A DNA stretch of 64,000 nucleotides from Methanosarcinales archaeon. Its GTDB lineage: Bacteria; Omnitrophota; Gorgyraeia; Duberdicusellales; 4484-171. The notes under the pieces were generated by a model. That model had not been told where the DNA came from. It saw nothing but the letters and a program-made list of their open reading frames with translations, and did not search any database. Of the stretch, positions 12,201 through 27,200 are shown piece by piece. How positions within the stretch are numbered: the stretch's first letter is position 1; every line of letters begins with the position of its first letter. The translations under genes and the position numbers were made by a program. The DNA lies in contig JAIWAR010000003.1 in assembly GCA_048634245.1 (NCBI GenBank), positions 2,401-66,400 of the forward strand, read 5' to 3'.

Positions 12201-15200
12201 GGGAGTATGCTATGGAAATAGCGGCAATAATGGCAGGGAACGGAATACCGGTAAGGATAATCTTAGCAGAACCCACCCCTACCCCGGTACTAGCCTATTT
12301 AACCAATTCCAATCCAAAAATAAGCGGAGTAATCAATTTAACAGCTTCACATAATCCGTACGAAGATGCGGGGCTCAAATTCTCACCATACCACGGCGGA
12401 GCAGCCAACAAAAAAATAACCGGCCAAATAGCAAATTACGCGAATACAGCCGCGGAATATAAAAGCATGAATTATGAAACCGCGGTATCGGACGGGATAA
12501 TAGAAGAATATGAATTAGAAAAAGCCATAGATATATATGCAAATAAATACATAATACCAAAACTAAAAGAAATAGGTGCTTGGGATACAATTGTAACCTA
12601 CATAAAGAAAGACAAAGAATTCAAGCTTATCTTAGACCCGATGCAGGGAACAGCAGTAAAATACATGGAAGCAATCTATGACCAAATGAGTAAGGAAGCA
12701 GGAAGAAAATTCTATGAAATGATACATACAAACAATAAAGATCCGGAATTTAAAGAAGTAAAAGGAGCACCAAATCCGACAGAATCAGAAAATATTCAGC
12801 CATTATTGAATATGCTGGTTGGAAATAAAAATGTATTCAAATTGGCAACTGATGGAGATGCCGATAGATTCGGAATAATAGATTTTGGAGGAAAAGAATT
12901 GTCAGCCAATGAAATAATGGCAATGCTGGTTTACTTCTTGCATGATAAAGGATTCAAAGGAGCGGTAGGCAAGACAGTAGCTACATCAAACTTTGTAAAT
13001 GCTATAGCAGAATATCTAGGAATAGAGTTGATAGAAGAGCCGGTAGGGTTTAAATGGTTTGTAGCCAGAATAATGGATGAAGGGAAGAAATTCATCGTAG
13101 CCGGAGAAGAGTCGGCTCATGTAGGTGTAGGGCCATTCATGGAATCATGGGATGACGGGATAGCCATAGGATTAATGTGCTTATGGATGGTTGCGGATAC
13201 AGGAAAGAGCCTTACAGAGTACAGAGAAGAAATAGAAGCAATAATTGGCAAAAAATTCTATTACAAGAGAGGAAAAGTAGATTTAACAGAATCTTTGAAG
13301 AAAAAGACTGAAAACTTTATAGATAATGTAAGAGAAGAGCAGAAAAAGAAAATTCCTTTAGACAAGATGACAGTAATTAAAGCTTTAAAGAATCTCGGGC
13401 TAACACAAAAAACGGTATCAGTAATAACATCAGACGGATTAAAAGTAGTATTTGAGAGTGGAGATTGGTTTTGCATAAGGTTATCAGGTACACAGTTTGT
13501 GTCCAGGTTGTATACGGAAGTAACTGTGATAGAAAGAGAAAAAGACTTAGTATCTCTTGGAAATCAATTGTTTGAAGCTATTGATCGGCAGGGCGTACAA
13601 CGGGTAACTGACGGCGGGTTGTTAGAAGTAAATAAAGAGAAAAGACAAATCCGTTCTACCTACAATGAAGCAATGAAAGCGCCGTTCAAAAAGGCTGAAA
13701 TTATAGGCAGGGCTGACATTGTTGTTGGTATACCCTTCTTTGATGAAGTAAAGACAGTAGGTAATGTATTTAAGAAAGTAATGGAGGACCTGAAAAAACA
13801 TCACCATGGTAAGAAGTCTGTGATAATTTGCGCCGGCGGCCCTGCAGGCAAGCCTGCTCAGGAGGCTTTAGAAATTCTTGAAGGTATTACTCTGCCTTCT
13901 AATATAAAAAGGATAGCCTTTATTCTGCCTATCAGAGGTAAGGGCATAGGAGGAATGAGGCCGGTTATGGAATTAGCTGATATGTTGGGTGCTGAGGCCT
14001 GCACTTTCATTGACGCTGATGAGCGCAAGGTAACTGATGAATGGGTTTCTCTTATGGTTAATCCCATATTAAATCAGGGATATGATTATATTGCTTCTCG
14101 TTATGCCCGTTATAAACACGCCGCCACAATTACCAACCATTTAGCCTATCCTTTGATTGCAGCAATTTATGGAAAAGCAGTACGCCAGCCTATTGGCGGA
14201 GAATTTGCCTTTTCAAAAAGATTGATGAAATTATATCTCAAAAACCCAAAGGTCTGGTTTACCAATGTGGGTACCTACGGAGTAGATAACTGGCTTACTA
14301 CAAAAGCTATTGTTAATAAGATGAAAATGGGCGAGGTTGATTTAGGCGTTAAAGCGCATAGTTTTAGTGCTTTTCCTAAGCGGAAGGGGATGTTTATCCA
14401 GGTAACTGGTGAAGTATTTAGCCAGGTAAGGGAAAATGAGCGTTTCTGGGAAAAAGTAGAAAAGGTTAAGCCTATTGATATTGTCGGTCTATTGAGGGGG
14501 GAAACACCTGAATCTGTACCTCAGGACTACAGGGAGTGGCTTGGCGAGTTTAAGGATAATTTCGAGAAAAATCTTCCTGCATACAAAAAAATATTGCCGC
14601 AAGACGTAGTTAACAAATTAAAAATCCTGGCCTATACTAAAGATGAAGAGTTTGAACTTAAAGCTTCAGCCTGGGCAAAGATTGTTTATATTTTTCTTCT
14701 CCATTATAACTTTAATGCGGAGCCTATAGGGGAAGAATTCTGGGATGCGCTGGTTGCCATATGGCAGGCGCGGGTAGGTTCTTTCATCAGAGAGACTGAA
14801 AAAATGAGCCACGAGGAAGCAGGAAAGGTTATCTATAAACAACTTGAAGAGTTTATAGAAGCAAGAAGAGACTTTGTTGATAAATGGAGAGAGAAAGAAA
14901 ATCTTGATGGTGGAGTATCTTCAGAGTCAGATAGTGTTGAATTCGAAAGAGATTTTATATCTTTGAAAAGGAATTTTATAAAAAAATCGCAAAAGAAAAT
15001 TAAAACAGTAAAGAAGGAATTAGTAACTTATAAGCAAAAATCAAAAGAAACAGGTATTGGAGTAATGTGGTTCTCGACAAATTACGAATTTTACAAAAAA
15101 CACTTTAAAGAAGTGTCTTCTGAATTGAAAATGATTAAGAAAAGAGAGTTACCCGATCATGGGAAGAGAGTATATTTAATTGCTAAAGAATTTATAGAGG

Positions 15201-18200
15201 AGTTAGGGCTAAATCCTTTATCAGTAAAGGAGTTAACAGAATTTTTAAATAATCATGCTCAAAGACTTGAGCTTAATTTAGCAGAGATAGAGAGTTTCCC
15301 TACAATGTTAAAGCTATCTATACTTGAGGTATTTATTACCAAGTGCGATGCTCAAATTATCAAAGATATGGCAATCAGTGAAGCTGACAGCTTATTTAAA
15401 AATACAATCGATAATACGAAATTTATAAACATCATTGATTTCCCTTCTTTTATAGGTGATATGAGTATAATTGACAGTGTTTTGAAACAAGATTCGACTT
15501 ATTTGTATATGGATGCTGAAACACAGGATAATTATAGAAGGACTGTTTACGATATATCTCAAAAAGCAAAGGTTTCTGAACAAACGGTTTCCCGTAAAGC
15601 GTTAGAATTGTCTTTGTCGTATAAAATAAGAGCGCCGGATAAAATTGATACATATTATTATGATTTTAGACCGGGGTATATCGGATATTACCTTATAGAT
15701 AAAGGGAGGGAAGAATTAGAAACTTTATTAAGCATTACTCCTACTATAATCGAATCGGCTAAAAATTGGATTTATGAACATCGCAGCTATCTTTATTTAG
15801 GGGCTATTTTTAGTATAGCAATTCTTGAAACAGCGGCAGTATTATTTTATTTGGCGCTACTCGATATTCACCCTGTTACGATAGCCTTGGTATCTTTGGC
15901 ATTTTTCTTTGTTTTCAATGATGTAGCCGCGCATCTTATGAATAATTTAATGAATAAATTTGCAAAAGTTCGAAAACTTCCCAAGATGGACTTCTGGAAT
16001 GGCGTGCCGGAAGAATACAAGACATTAATAATTTTTAATGTTCTTCTAATAAGTAAGCAAAATGCTCAGGAGTGTATTACGGCTGTTGAAAAGACATTTT
16101 TGGATAATGTTGATAGATATATATCTTTAGGGATTTTAGGAGACTTTCCCGAATCCGCTGAGGCGCATTTATCGGTAGAAAATAAAGAAATAATGGCTTA
16201 TGTTGAAGAAAGTATAAGCTCATTGAATGATAAATATCAATCCAAACTAGGGTATTCTCCTTTTTATCTGTTTATTCGTAAAAGAACATGGAATGAAAAA
16301 TTCAAAAAATGGATGGGTTGGGAAAGAAAAAGGGGAGGGCTTATAGAGTTGAATCGCTGGCTTAGGAATCCTCTTGCGAAAACTAATTTTATAAAGATTA
16401 TCGGAGACAAGAAAACTATAAGAGGGGCCAAATATGTAATTACTTTGGATGAGGATATTGAGGTGCCAAAAACAATAGCTAAAAGATTCGTTGAGATTAT
16501 GGCCCATCCTTTAAATAGGCCGGTGATTGACCCCGATAAAAATATCGTAGCGCAAGGATATGGGATGGTATATCCATGGTTGGGCATAATACCGGCTTTT
16601 CGTGAACATAAATCTTCTAGGACATTATATAGACAAGTTGACCTATGGCAGAGAGGACAAAGGGATATAGGAGTATATAAGTATGCTTTTCCTGATATCC
16701 ACCAGTATATTTTTGATGAGGGAACATTTACAGGAAAAGGGATTTATGATGTAGAGGTATTTCAGTCTATCTTGGATAATCGGTTTCCGGCTGACCGTCT
16801 TTTAAGCCACGATCAAATCGAAAGTTTTTATATGAGGTCTGCTTTGGCAACAGATATGGTATTGTTAGAGGGAACTGTAGGGGATGCTTTAAATGACTAT
16901 AAACGCAAAGAGCGCTGGACAAGGGGTGATTGGCAGGATGTCTGTTGGATGTTTGGAAAAATCCCTGCGAGAATTGGGGACAAATTGTTTGCAGAATATA
17001 ACCCGGTATCTTTTTATAACAAATGGAAAATATTCGATAAGGTGCGAAGGACTTTTATCCCTCAGAGCCTCCTGTTTCTTTTAATTTTTGGATGGTTTAC
17101 GCCGCAAATACCGGTTATAGCCTGGACTTTATTTGTTTCTCTCCTTGCTGTATTCAATAGAATACCCATTACCCTTAATCCTATAGCCTGGAAACATTTA
17201 ATCCCAAGAATTTTCTTTTTTGCTGCATTCGATATGAGTTTGCTTGTATACTCTGCATACCAAAATATGAGTGTTATGAAAACTATCTTTGGGAAAAAGC
17301 TGATTACCAATCCTAACTTAGATTGGGTTTCTGCTTCCGAAGCAGGAAAGTACAAAGAAACAAAAACATTGAAGGGGATTTTGAATTGGGCGAAAAGGCC
17401 GCTTATATGCGTATGGTTAATGAATATAGCTTTATATATATTTAATCCTCAGGCCTTGGTTGTTTCCCTTCCTATTTTAATCTTCTGGTCAATCACACCT
17501 TTTATGCTTTATAGATTGAGCGGCCCGGAATTTCCCAGCTGGCTTTCCTTATATAACAAATTATGGTATTTGGGTTGGCTAATGCGGCCCAAATGGGCAG
17601 AGGATAAACTGAAGAGAACATTACTTAGTGCTGACGATATAGAAGACGGTCAAAAAGATTACCTGCGAAATGTAGCATTTGATACCTGGAGTTGGTTTGA
17701 GAGATATGTTAATGAGAAAGAGAATTGGTTGCCGCCGGATAATACAATATATAATTCTGCGGATGAAATTGCCGATTATACTTCACCGACGAGTATTGGG
17801 TTATATCTGGTATCCGTTATTTCTGCTTATGATTTAGGGTTTATTTCTAAAGATGAGGCTGTGAGGCGCATAGAAAATACTTTGAATACAGTGCAGAAGT
17901 TAGAAAAATGGCATGGCCACCTTTTTAATTATTATAATACTCGTACTCTTGTCGTGACGAGACGGTATATTTCTGTAGTAGATAGTGGAAACTTTCTTGC
18001 CAGTTTAATTGTTGTGGTTCAGTTTTTTCCTGAGAATAAAATGTCTAAAATAGCTTCGGCTTTATTAGAAGAAATGAATTTTGCCCCTTTATATGATTTC
18101 GAAAAAGGGTTTTTCTATACCGGATATGACCAAGATGTTCAACATTTAACTAATAGTTACGACACATCAAGGCCTCATTTTACGGCTCTAGAGGAAGAAA

Positions 18201-21200
18201 TATCCCAGAAGTTTACTATTTCTTACTATGATTTATTAGCGAGTGAAGCGCGGCTGGGCAGTTTTACAGCTATAGCTAAGGGAGATATACCTGATATTCA
18301 TTGGTTTAACCTAAAAAGGCCTGTTAGTGATGGAGCAAATAAGGTTATCTTAAGCTGGGGTGGAACGGCATTTGAGTTTTTAATGCCGCAACTTTTTATG
18401 AAAGAAAAAGAAATTGCTCCCTACTGGCTGGGATTAAATAACTTAAGAGCAGTTGAGGCTCAGATAGAGTATGCAAAGAAGAATACATTACCTGCTTGGG
18501 GTATTTCCGAGTCCGCTTATCCTGTAGTTACTCCCGGTGGCAGATATTATTATAAAGCCTTTGGAACGCCTAGCCTGGGGATTAAATATCTCACTTCTGA
18601 TGAAAAAGCGAAAAACATAATCGCTCCTTATGCTTCAATATTAGGTGTGGAATTTGCACCTTTGCAAGTTGTCAGCAATCTTATTAATTTAGAAGGGGTA
18701 TCGGCGAGAGGCGAATACGGATTTTATGATTCTGTTGATTTAGATGAAGGTGAGGTGAGTATATCGTATATGTCCCATCATCAGGGGATGAGTTTGATTG
18801 CCTTAAATAATTATTTAAATAAGGGGATTGTAAGAGAAAGATTTCATTCTCATCCTTTAATTAGTAATGTCGAAAATCTATTAGCTGAGGATTCGCTATT
18901 GGAAGATAAATTTAATATGCTTAATTTAAAGAGAAATAGAATATTTGATCAAAATACTTTTCCTTCCGAAGCAAACCTTTTAAGCAATAGAGCCTATTCC
19001 TTATGGGTTACGAATAAGGGCAACGGGGCCAGTAAAATGAGTAAAGAGCTATGCGGAGACCCTAACTTTTTTGTTACAAGGTTTAGAGATGATCCCCTAA
19101 AAGACTGGGGCAAATATTTTTATATTAAAGATGAAGATAGCCAAAAGGTTTGGTCTTTAGGGTTCGATCCTTTAAAAGAAAACCCCGACAGTTATGAAGT
19201 TATCCATAATTTTCATTCCACGCAGATTATGCATAAAAAGGAAGGAATAAAGATAGAAGCAAAACTTTTTGTGCCCAACGAAGGCAGTTTAGAAATCTGG
19301 CAGATAACTTTGCAGAATGAGGGGAAGGGAGAACGAAATTTAAGCGTTACAAGTTATCTGGAGTGGGTATTAAATAATATAGAGTTGGATATTAATCATC
19401 CTTTTTACAATAGACTATTTATTAAGACTACATATGACCCTTCTTTAAAAGCTATTTTTGCAGAGCATGAAAAAACAAATGTTTTGGGATTTCATTCTGT
19501 AAATATTGAACCTTTTGCTTTCGAAACTTCCCGGCGCGATTTTATCGGTAGAGGAAGAAACCTTGATTCTCCCCAAGCTTTGGCTAAAGGCCTGTCAAAT
19601 TCCCAAGGATATACTTTAGATGCCATAGGTTCTTTAAAGGTGGATATAAAACTCTTAGCGTTTGAGTCTAAGACGATCATTTTTACGATAGGCGCGGTTA
19701 ATGACAGGGAGGAAGCAAAGCATTTAATTACAAAATATACAGATTCCTCAAATGCCTATAAAGCCTTAAGAGATAATTCTTTTGCAATCTGGAAACATCT
19801 TTACAATTTAGGATTAAGTTATAGGGAAAGAGAAATAATAGCGTCTCTTGCTTCAAAATTAATTTATAGAGACGTAAATTTACAAGGTGATATTCAGGCC
19901 AGGATATCTAATCGAGGGGGCCAACCAGAGTTATGGAAGTATGAAATTTCAGGTGATTGGCCGCTTATCTTATTTAAAATTTCCTCGCTTGATAGAATAA
20001 AAGATGCAATGATCCTTATTAAAGGGCAGGGGATATTAAAGGATAAACTCTTTACGACCGAGCTATTGATTTTAAATACTTGTAAAAATGATAAAGAAAG
20101 AAATGAAATTAATTTTATTTTGGATACCTTACTTCCCCAGGGAGTATTTATTTTAAATGAAATAGACATTCCGCAAGAGGATTTATGGCTTCTGGAATCC
20201 CGGGCAAGAGTAGTCATTAATAAATCATTAGAAGCTTCTTTTGAAGGTACTAAAGACGGAGGTAAGGCATCTAGCGGTTATTTTACAGAAGATGGAAAAG
20301 AGTTTATTATCACGACACCTTTGACACCTCGCCCCTGGGCACATATCTTAGCCAATCCTGAATATGGGACTTTAGTTACTAACTCAGGGGCGGGATATTC
20401 CTGGTTTATGAATGCTCAGCAGAATAGGATAACGCCTTTTGCTCCAGACGGCGTAACGGATGATTCCAGAAAGATACTTTACATACGAGATTTAGATACT
20501 AATGAGATTTTTTCTCCCACATATAATCCGTTTAAAGATTCTGACAATCTCTTGATAAGATACGGGTTAGGATATGCTGTTTTTGAGAAAGTCAAAAACA
20601 ATATATCTATTCAGCTGACAGTCTTTGTGCCGCAGGATGAGCCTCTTGAGATTTGGATTTTGAAGTTGAAAAATTTAGGGAAAGAGAGAAAGAGGCTGGC
20701 CGTTACTAATTATTTTGAGCTGGTTTTAGGAGATACTCCTGAGAATACCAGATATAAAGTTTTATCTTATTATGATAAGACTTTGGAGGCGTTGCTGTTT
20801 AGCAACAAAACAGGTAATTTTAAAGATGCGATAGCATTTTCTTCCCTAAATTTAAATCCGGTTAGTTTTGAGACTGATAGGCAGAGATTTATAGGAGTAA
20901 ATAGGGATTTAAATAATCCCGAAAGTATTGAAAAGGGGGAGTTATCCGGATCTCAGGGGATTAATGTCGAGAGTATCGCTAGTCTTTTGGGAGAAATAGA
21001 AATAGAACCTTTTGAGGAAAAGGTAGTTGTATTTACCTTAGGCGAAGCGCAAAGTTTTGATGAGGCAGCAGCACTTATAGGAAAATATAAAGATACGGTT
21101 AAGGCTGAGGAATCTTTAGAAAATACAAAGTCTTACTGGTTGAATCTTCTTGAATCATTCAAAGTTGATACTCCGGATAGAGAATTAAATATTATGGTGA

Positions 21201-24200
21201 ATTACTGGCTGAAGTATCAATCAATTGCATGCCATTTATGGGCACGAACCGGATATTATCAGTCAGGGGGAGCAATAGGGTTTAGGGACCAGCTACAAAC
21301 CAGTTTGATTGGTCTTTATACTGATTCTGAAATAACCCGAAGACAAATAATTCTACATAGCGCGCATCAGTTTGAAGAAGGGGATGTTCAGCACTGGTGG
21401 CATCCGGAGAATAATTTGGGCGCACGCACCCTTATTTCCGACAATCTACTTTGGCTGGCTTATGTCTTATATCATTACACAACAGCCACGGGTGATTGGT
21501 CTATTTTGGATATTGAAGTTCCTTATTTAAAAGGAAGATTATTGGAAGAAGGAAAAGAAGGTGATGTATTTATCCCTGAAATCTCTGATAGAAAGGATAC
21601 GATTTACAAACATGCCTTAAAGGCTATTGATTATGCACTTAATAGATTTGGGCCGCATGGTTTACCTTTAATCGGCGCGGGCGACTGGAATGATGGTTTT
21701 AGTAATGTTGGGATGAAAGGACAAGGTGAAAGCGTCTGGCTTGCCTTTTTCTTATATGATGTATTAGTAAAATTTTCTAAAATAGTTGAGGCAATGGAAG
21801 GAAAAGAAAGAGAAGAATATTATTTAATGAGAGCCGAATCACTCAGAAAGGCAGTTGAGGAATATTGTTGGGATGGAGATTGGTACGTAAGAATTTTTGA
21901 TGATGATGGAAATGTTATTGGCAGTAAGGAAAGTGATGAGTGGAAAATAGATTTGATCCCTCAAGCGTGGGGAGTGATTTCAGGAGCTGCGGATAAAAAG
22001 AGGGTAATAAAAGCGATGGAATCAGTGGGGAAATATCTTATTAAGGGCAATTTAGTACTTTTAAGCACTCCGCCTTTTGAGTATACAAATTTGAATCCGG
22101 GAAGGATTAAAGAATATCCTTCCGGTGTGCGTGAGAATGGAGGGCAATATACACATGCAGCTACCTGGTTAGTGTTAGCGTTGTCTCTTTTAGGAGAGAA
22201 AGAGAGAGCTTGTCAAACATTTAAAGATTTGCTACCGATAACCCATGATCCAGATATATACGAAGCTGAGCCGTATATACTTGCCGCAGATGTGTATGGG
22301 GTAGGGCATTTAGAAGGAAAAGCAGGTTGGACGTGGTATACCGGGGCTGCAGCCTGGTTGTTTAGAGCAGCAGTTGAAGGAATGTTGGGAATAAGATTAG
22401 AGAATGGAGAAATATCACTGAGTGGTTCTTTACCAAAACAGTTATCTCCTACTAAAGTGTTTCGAAAGGGAGAAAAAGACATTGTAAAAAAAGACGGGGG
22501 TAATAAATTTGATAAGGACATTTTTATTAAAGATATAAATGGGAAAAATTTAAAACTCATTGGGTATGTTTTTAGAGATTCGAGGGATATTTTTGACGGC
22601 GGCAGGACAGATGGAGGAAAGGATATTAATCTTATCATAGAATTTCTGATTATTTTAGAAAGTAAGCTCACTGATTCTAACGGGAATGTCCAGCAAGCTG
22701 TTGTTAGGGCCTTAGCTAGCGTATATCCGGAACTAATCCAACAAGAGAAAATGTCTTTATCCGCTTTAGAAAGCAAGCTTACTGATGCTGATCGGTATGT
22801 CCAGCAAGCTGTTGTTAGGGCCTTAGCTAGCGTATATCCGGAACTAATTCAACAAGAGAAAATGTCTTTATCCGCCTTAGAAAGTAAACTCACTGATTCT
22901 AACTGGGGTGTCCGGCAAGCTGCTGTTAAGGCTTTAGCCAGCATATATCCGAAATTAATCCAACAGGGGAAAACCCCTGATTTATCCGCCTTAGAAAGCA
23001 AGCTTACTGATTCTAACTGGGAGGTCCAGCAAGCTGCTGTTGAGGCCTTAGCCAGTGTATATCCGGAACTAATCCAACAAGGAAAAATGTCTTTATCCGC
23101 CTTAGAAAGTAAACTTACTGATGTTGACTGGCGTGTTCAGCAAACTGCTGTTAAGGCTTTAGCCAGCATATATCCGAAATTAATCCAACAGGGAAAAACC
23201 CCTGATTTATCCGCCTTAGAAAGTAAACTTACTGATGTTGACTGGCGTGTTCAGCAACCTGCTGTTGAGGCCTTAACCAGCATATACCCGGAACTAATCC
23301 AACAAGGGAAAATGTCTTTATCCGCCTTAGAAAGCAAGTTTATTGATTCTAACTGGAATATCCAGCAACCTGCTGTTAAGGCCTTAACTAGTATATATTC
23401 GAAATTAATCCAACAGGGAAAAACCCCTGATTTATCCGCCTTAAAAAACAAGCTTACCGATGCTGACTGGCGTGTCCAGCAAGCTGCTGTTGAGGCCTTA
23501 GCCAGCATATACCCGGAACTAATTCGTCAAGGGGAAATGAGTGATGAAGATTATGAAAAGTATGAATTGTGGAACGAGGAGAAAATGCCTTATCAGGAGG
23601 AAGTGATTAATGCATACCTTGCTGCGTCTGATCCTCGGATATTCATAACTTCTTTAAAGCAGAAAGCAGAGATAGCAGTAAACAAAGGGTTTGATTATAA
23701 AAATTCAAAGCAGTGCTGGTTTGCCTTTGTGGGAGTAAGGATAAAAGGGATAGACATAAATTGGGAGGAATTTACCAAGAGGATGGAAACTTTGGTAAGA
23801 TTTGACCAGAAGCACCCAGGCTATTTTAACTATCTTTTTACCAAAGTAAGAGGATTAAATATACTTGAAGTTAGCGCTGAAGGCATAAGGCAGACAGATG
23901 TAAGCAGTGTGGATAAAGAGGTTTTAACCAATAATGTTGAGCAATTGACACAGATAAAGAAAAAGATAGACAGCTTAACCTGGCTTAATGAATCTTTCCC
24001 GAAGGATAAGAAATTGAATCTACGCAACTTCTACTACCAGATAAAGAAGCAGGAGGTTTTAAAGCAGGGACAAATAAGGCAAAACGACAGATTCAGGGTT
24101 GAATTTCCTTCCCAAGAAGAAATGGAAGCTGAGATTAAGAATAACAAAAAACAGTTTTACCGTATAGCTTTCGAGTTAACCTACGCCAGGCTGGGTAACA

Positions 24201-27200
24201 GGCAAGAGCGGGGAAAATACCTTAAGTTGATAAGGGATTTAATAGTCAGCGATATACTTGAAGATGAAACTTTGCGAGTCCAGATGCATTCCTCCGACTT
24301 AGAAACAAAAATATCCGCCTTTAAAAACTTTTATGAGGACTACAAGAATCACCTTCCTGACTCTTCAGGAATAAAGGTAGGAAGCATAAAGGGATTAAGG
24401 GAGATGTTTGAAAATCTTTCCCAAAAGGTATATGAAGAATTAGCTAAGGTAACAGTAGTAAAAAAACAAGGTAAGGAAACCTACCACTTAATCCCCGCAG
24501 GATTTTTGGCCGTATTTAGAGGTAGAGCCGGTATACTTGACTGTTCTTTTGATGAAGATAAAGGCACTCCTTACACTCGGGCAATGCATGAGGATACTCT
24601 TTACTATTTTGTGTATAAAGGCAGAGAATTAAAGGGCTATATGGGGTTATGCTTGGGTGAAGCCAAAGATGGAAGGAAAATATTAACCGTAGACACCATG
24701 AATTCTCCTTCTTTAGACGGCAAGGAATTGTTAACCAATCTATTCAAGGAGTTAGCTGAAATAGGCGGGCAATTAGGCTGCTCCGGTATTGCTTTACCTG
24801 TTGTCTTAGAACCTTCGTTTAATTTTGATAATGAAGATACGATTTCGACGATGACGATTTATCAAAGAGCTAACAGAATAACTCTTAGGCCGGTTCACAA
24901 GGAGAGCTGGCAGAAATTTACTGATATGTTTGGTGAAGATACCTATAACAGCATAGAAAGCGGCTCCTTCAAATTACTGGATATCGTTATACCGGCTGTT
25001 GCAAGAAAAAGTAGTCAGCGAAAAGACCAAGAGAAAAATAGTAAGGTTAAGTCTGATTTAGGTGATGATGAGCTTGATGGTGGTGGTAAAGAAGAGATTG
25101 AAAAAATTAAGAACATTCTTCTTGATAAAGAGGATGTGGATACTCAAGAGCGGATTGATGCAATGAGAGATTTAGCTGATATTGGTACTCCCGGAGCTAT
25201 AGATGCATTGGCAACAGTACTTGATGTAAGAGAGAATAAACGGTTAAATAGCGATGAGCAATCTCCTTATTATAAAACAGAATCTGCAGATGTGATTGAA
25301 GAGTGTATCAGGTTACTAGGTAATTCAGGAGATTCTCAAGTAGTAGAAAAGTTGATGCGATTTCATGTGTGGCGTAGCTCTGATATTGGCCATAACCATA
25401 AAAGGTTTAGTATAGAAGGCGAAGTAGCATGGGAAGCTGTTTTTAAGGGGCTACTGTCATTGAGTAAAAAACCCGAAATAATGTCGGATTTAATAAAGTT
25501 GTATTATGATTCTAATAAACCAATTGTTCGCTCAATGATATTTGGAATAGCTAAACGTGATATTATTAAGAATCAGGAAATCGCGGAAGCACTACGTTTG
25601 AGAAAAACATTGGGAACTAAGATTAAGATAAAAATCAGAAAAATTATTAATCGTAAAATAGAAGCGTGTGAAAATTTTATTAAGTATCATTTAACTCAGT
25701 TTAGAAAAGTAGTTAGGAGTTTTTTACAGAATAAGCGGAAAATACATTTATTTTCTACCGGGACAGCGGATTATATTTTTTACCCGGAAGCTCATAATTT
25801 GGAATCTCAACTCTTTAACAAAATTTCATTGGAAGAAGTAGATGCGGTTATACTTGAATCAGGGAATGCTAATTATAGAAGATTATTTTATTCGGTTATC
25901 CGCGAAGATTCACAAAACGGTAATCTTATAGAAAGACTTAAAAAGTTTAATACCCCTACATTTTTTGTAGGCTTGCCGGATTATACATGGTTTCGTTATC
26001 ATCCGCTAAGTAATTTCTTGATATGCTTTGCCGTAGAGATATTTCAGATGGGCTTGCCTTTCTTGTTTTATTTTCTTTCTTGTGTGTTTATTCCCGGGTT
26101 ATCATGGTCAGGGAGTATAGGGTATATCTTGTTGTTGCCTTTTTGGTTATCAATCATCTCAGCGTTTAATCTCTTTAGTAAAAAAGCATTATTTATAAAT
26201 AAGTACCTTTCCCTTATTGCGTTTTACGGAAATTATGGGAATTCTTCACTGGTAAGTGCAGTATTAGCGAGAAAAACAGATGAATATATTGTTCCTGAGA
26301 TGAAGAGAAGAATTGGCAGAACTCCGACTATTGTGATATCTTACGGTGCTCACCATGCAAATATTGTAGTTTATTTGAAACATAAATGGCTTAGAGACTT
26401 TGTGATAAAATTTCATAGCGTATTTTGGAGAAATTTTCCGATAGATAAGAGATATCTTACAAGAATTGGAGAGCTTGATTTTTATAATAATTGGTGTGAC
26501 GAGTATGAAATGTCAGGAGTAAGCAATTTAAAAGAAATCAACGACGGCGGCAGGGGATTAAGAAATAAGTCATGGGTTTCAGGTTCTATGTCACAGGTTA
26601 CAAAAAGCTTTGCGAATTTTGTCAGCGAGTATGGCATTCTTTTAGGAGTGATTGATGTATCCTCGGGGATATTTGCTTTTTCTGCGATAGGTATCGCATT
26701 AGCAACTATGTTGCTTAATGGTATCCCATTTGCTGCGATATTTACATTAGAGAATATATCAACACCATTATTTATTGCTTTAGCAGTAATTTTAATCGAT
26801 CAAATCAGCAAACTAGTGGCAGTATGTAAGGAAATACATGAGATAGCTGTTAAGCAGATTAATATTCCCGTAACTTTAGGTATTTTTGCCGGAATAGTAC
26901 TTTTTGTTTCTACCTTTAAGATACTCGGAATTTTTGGCTGTATTGGGGGGGGGTTAATATTAGGGGGACTTATAAGCAATGTAGCAATTGATCTTATGGT
27001 TAGGGGAGGGTCAATAGACTGGATTACTGATCCACTTGATAAGGACAAAGTGATGAATATTGCGGATATTGCCGGAGTTACAGGGATGTTGTTGATAGGC
27101 ATAGGATCAATCTTTGGATTGTGGAGTTTAAGATGGGAGATAATCAAATTATTATCTAATGTGGAATTATATATGATAGTCAGTTTTCTCACCGGCGTTT

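Noticed and set aside
22655-23535. Tandem repeat as a possible CRISPR array
   Set aside because: Units are 111/114 bp, multiples of three, coding, and have no unique spacers.
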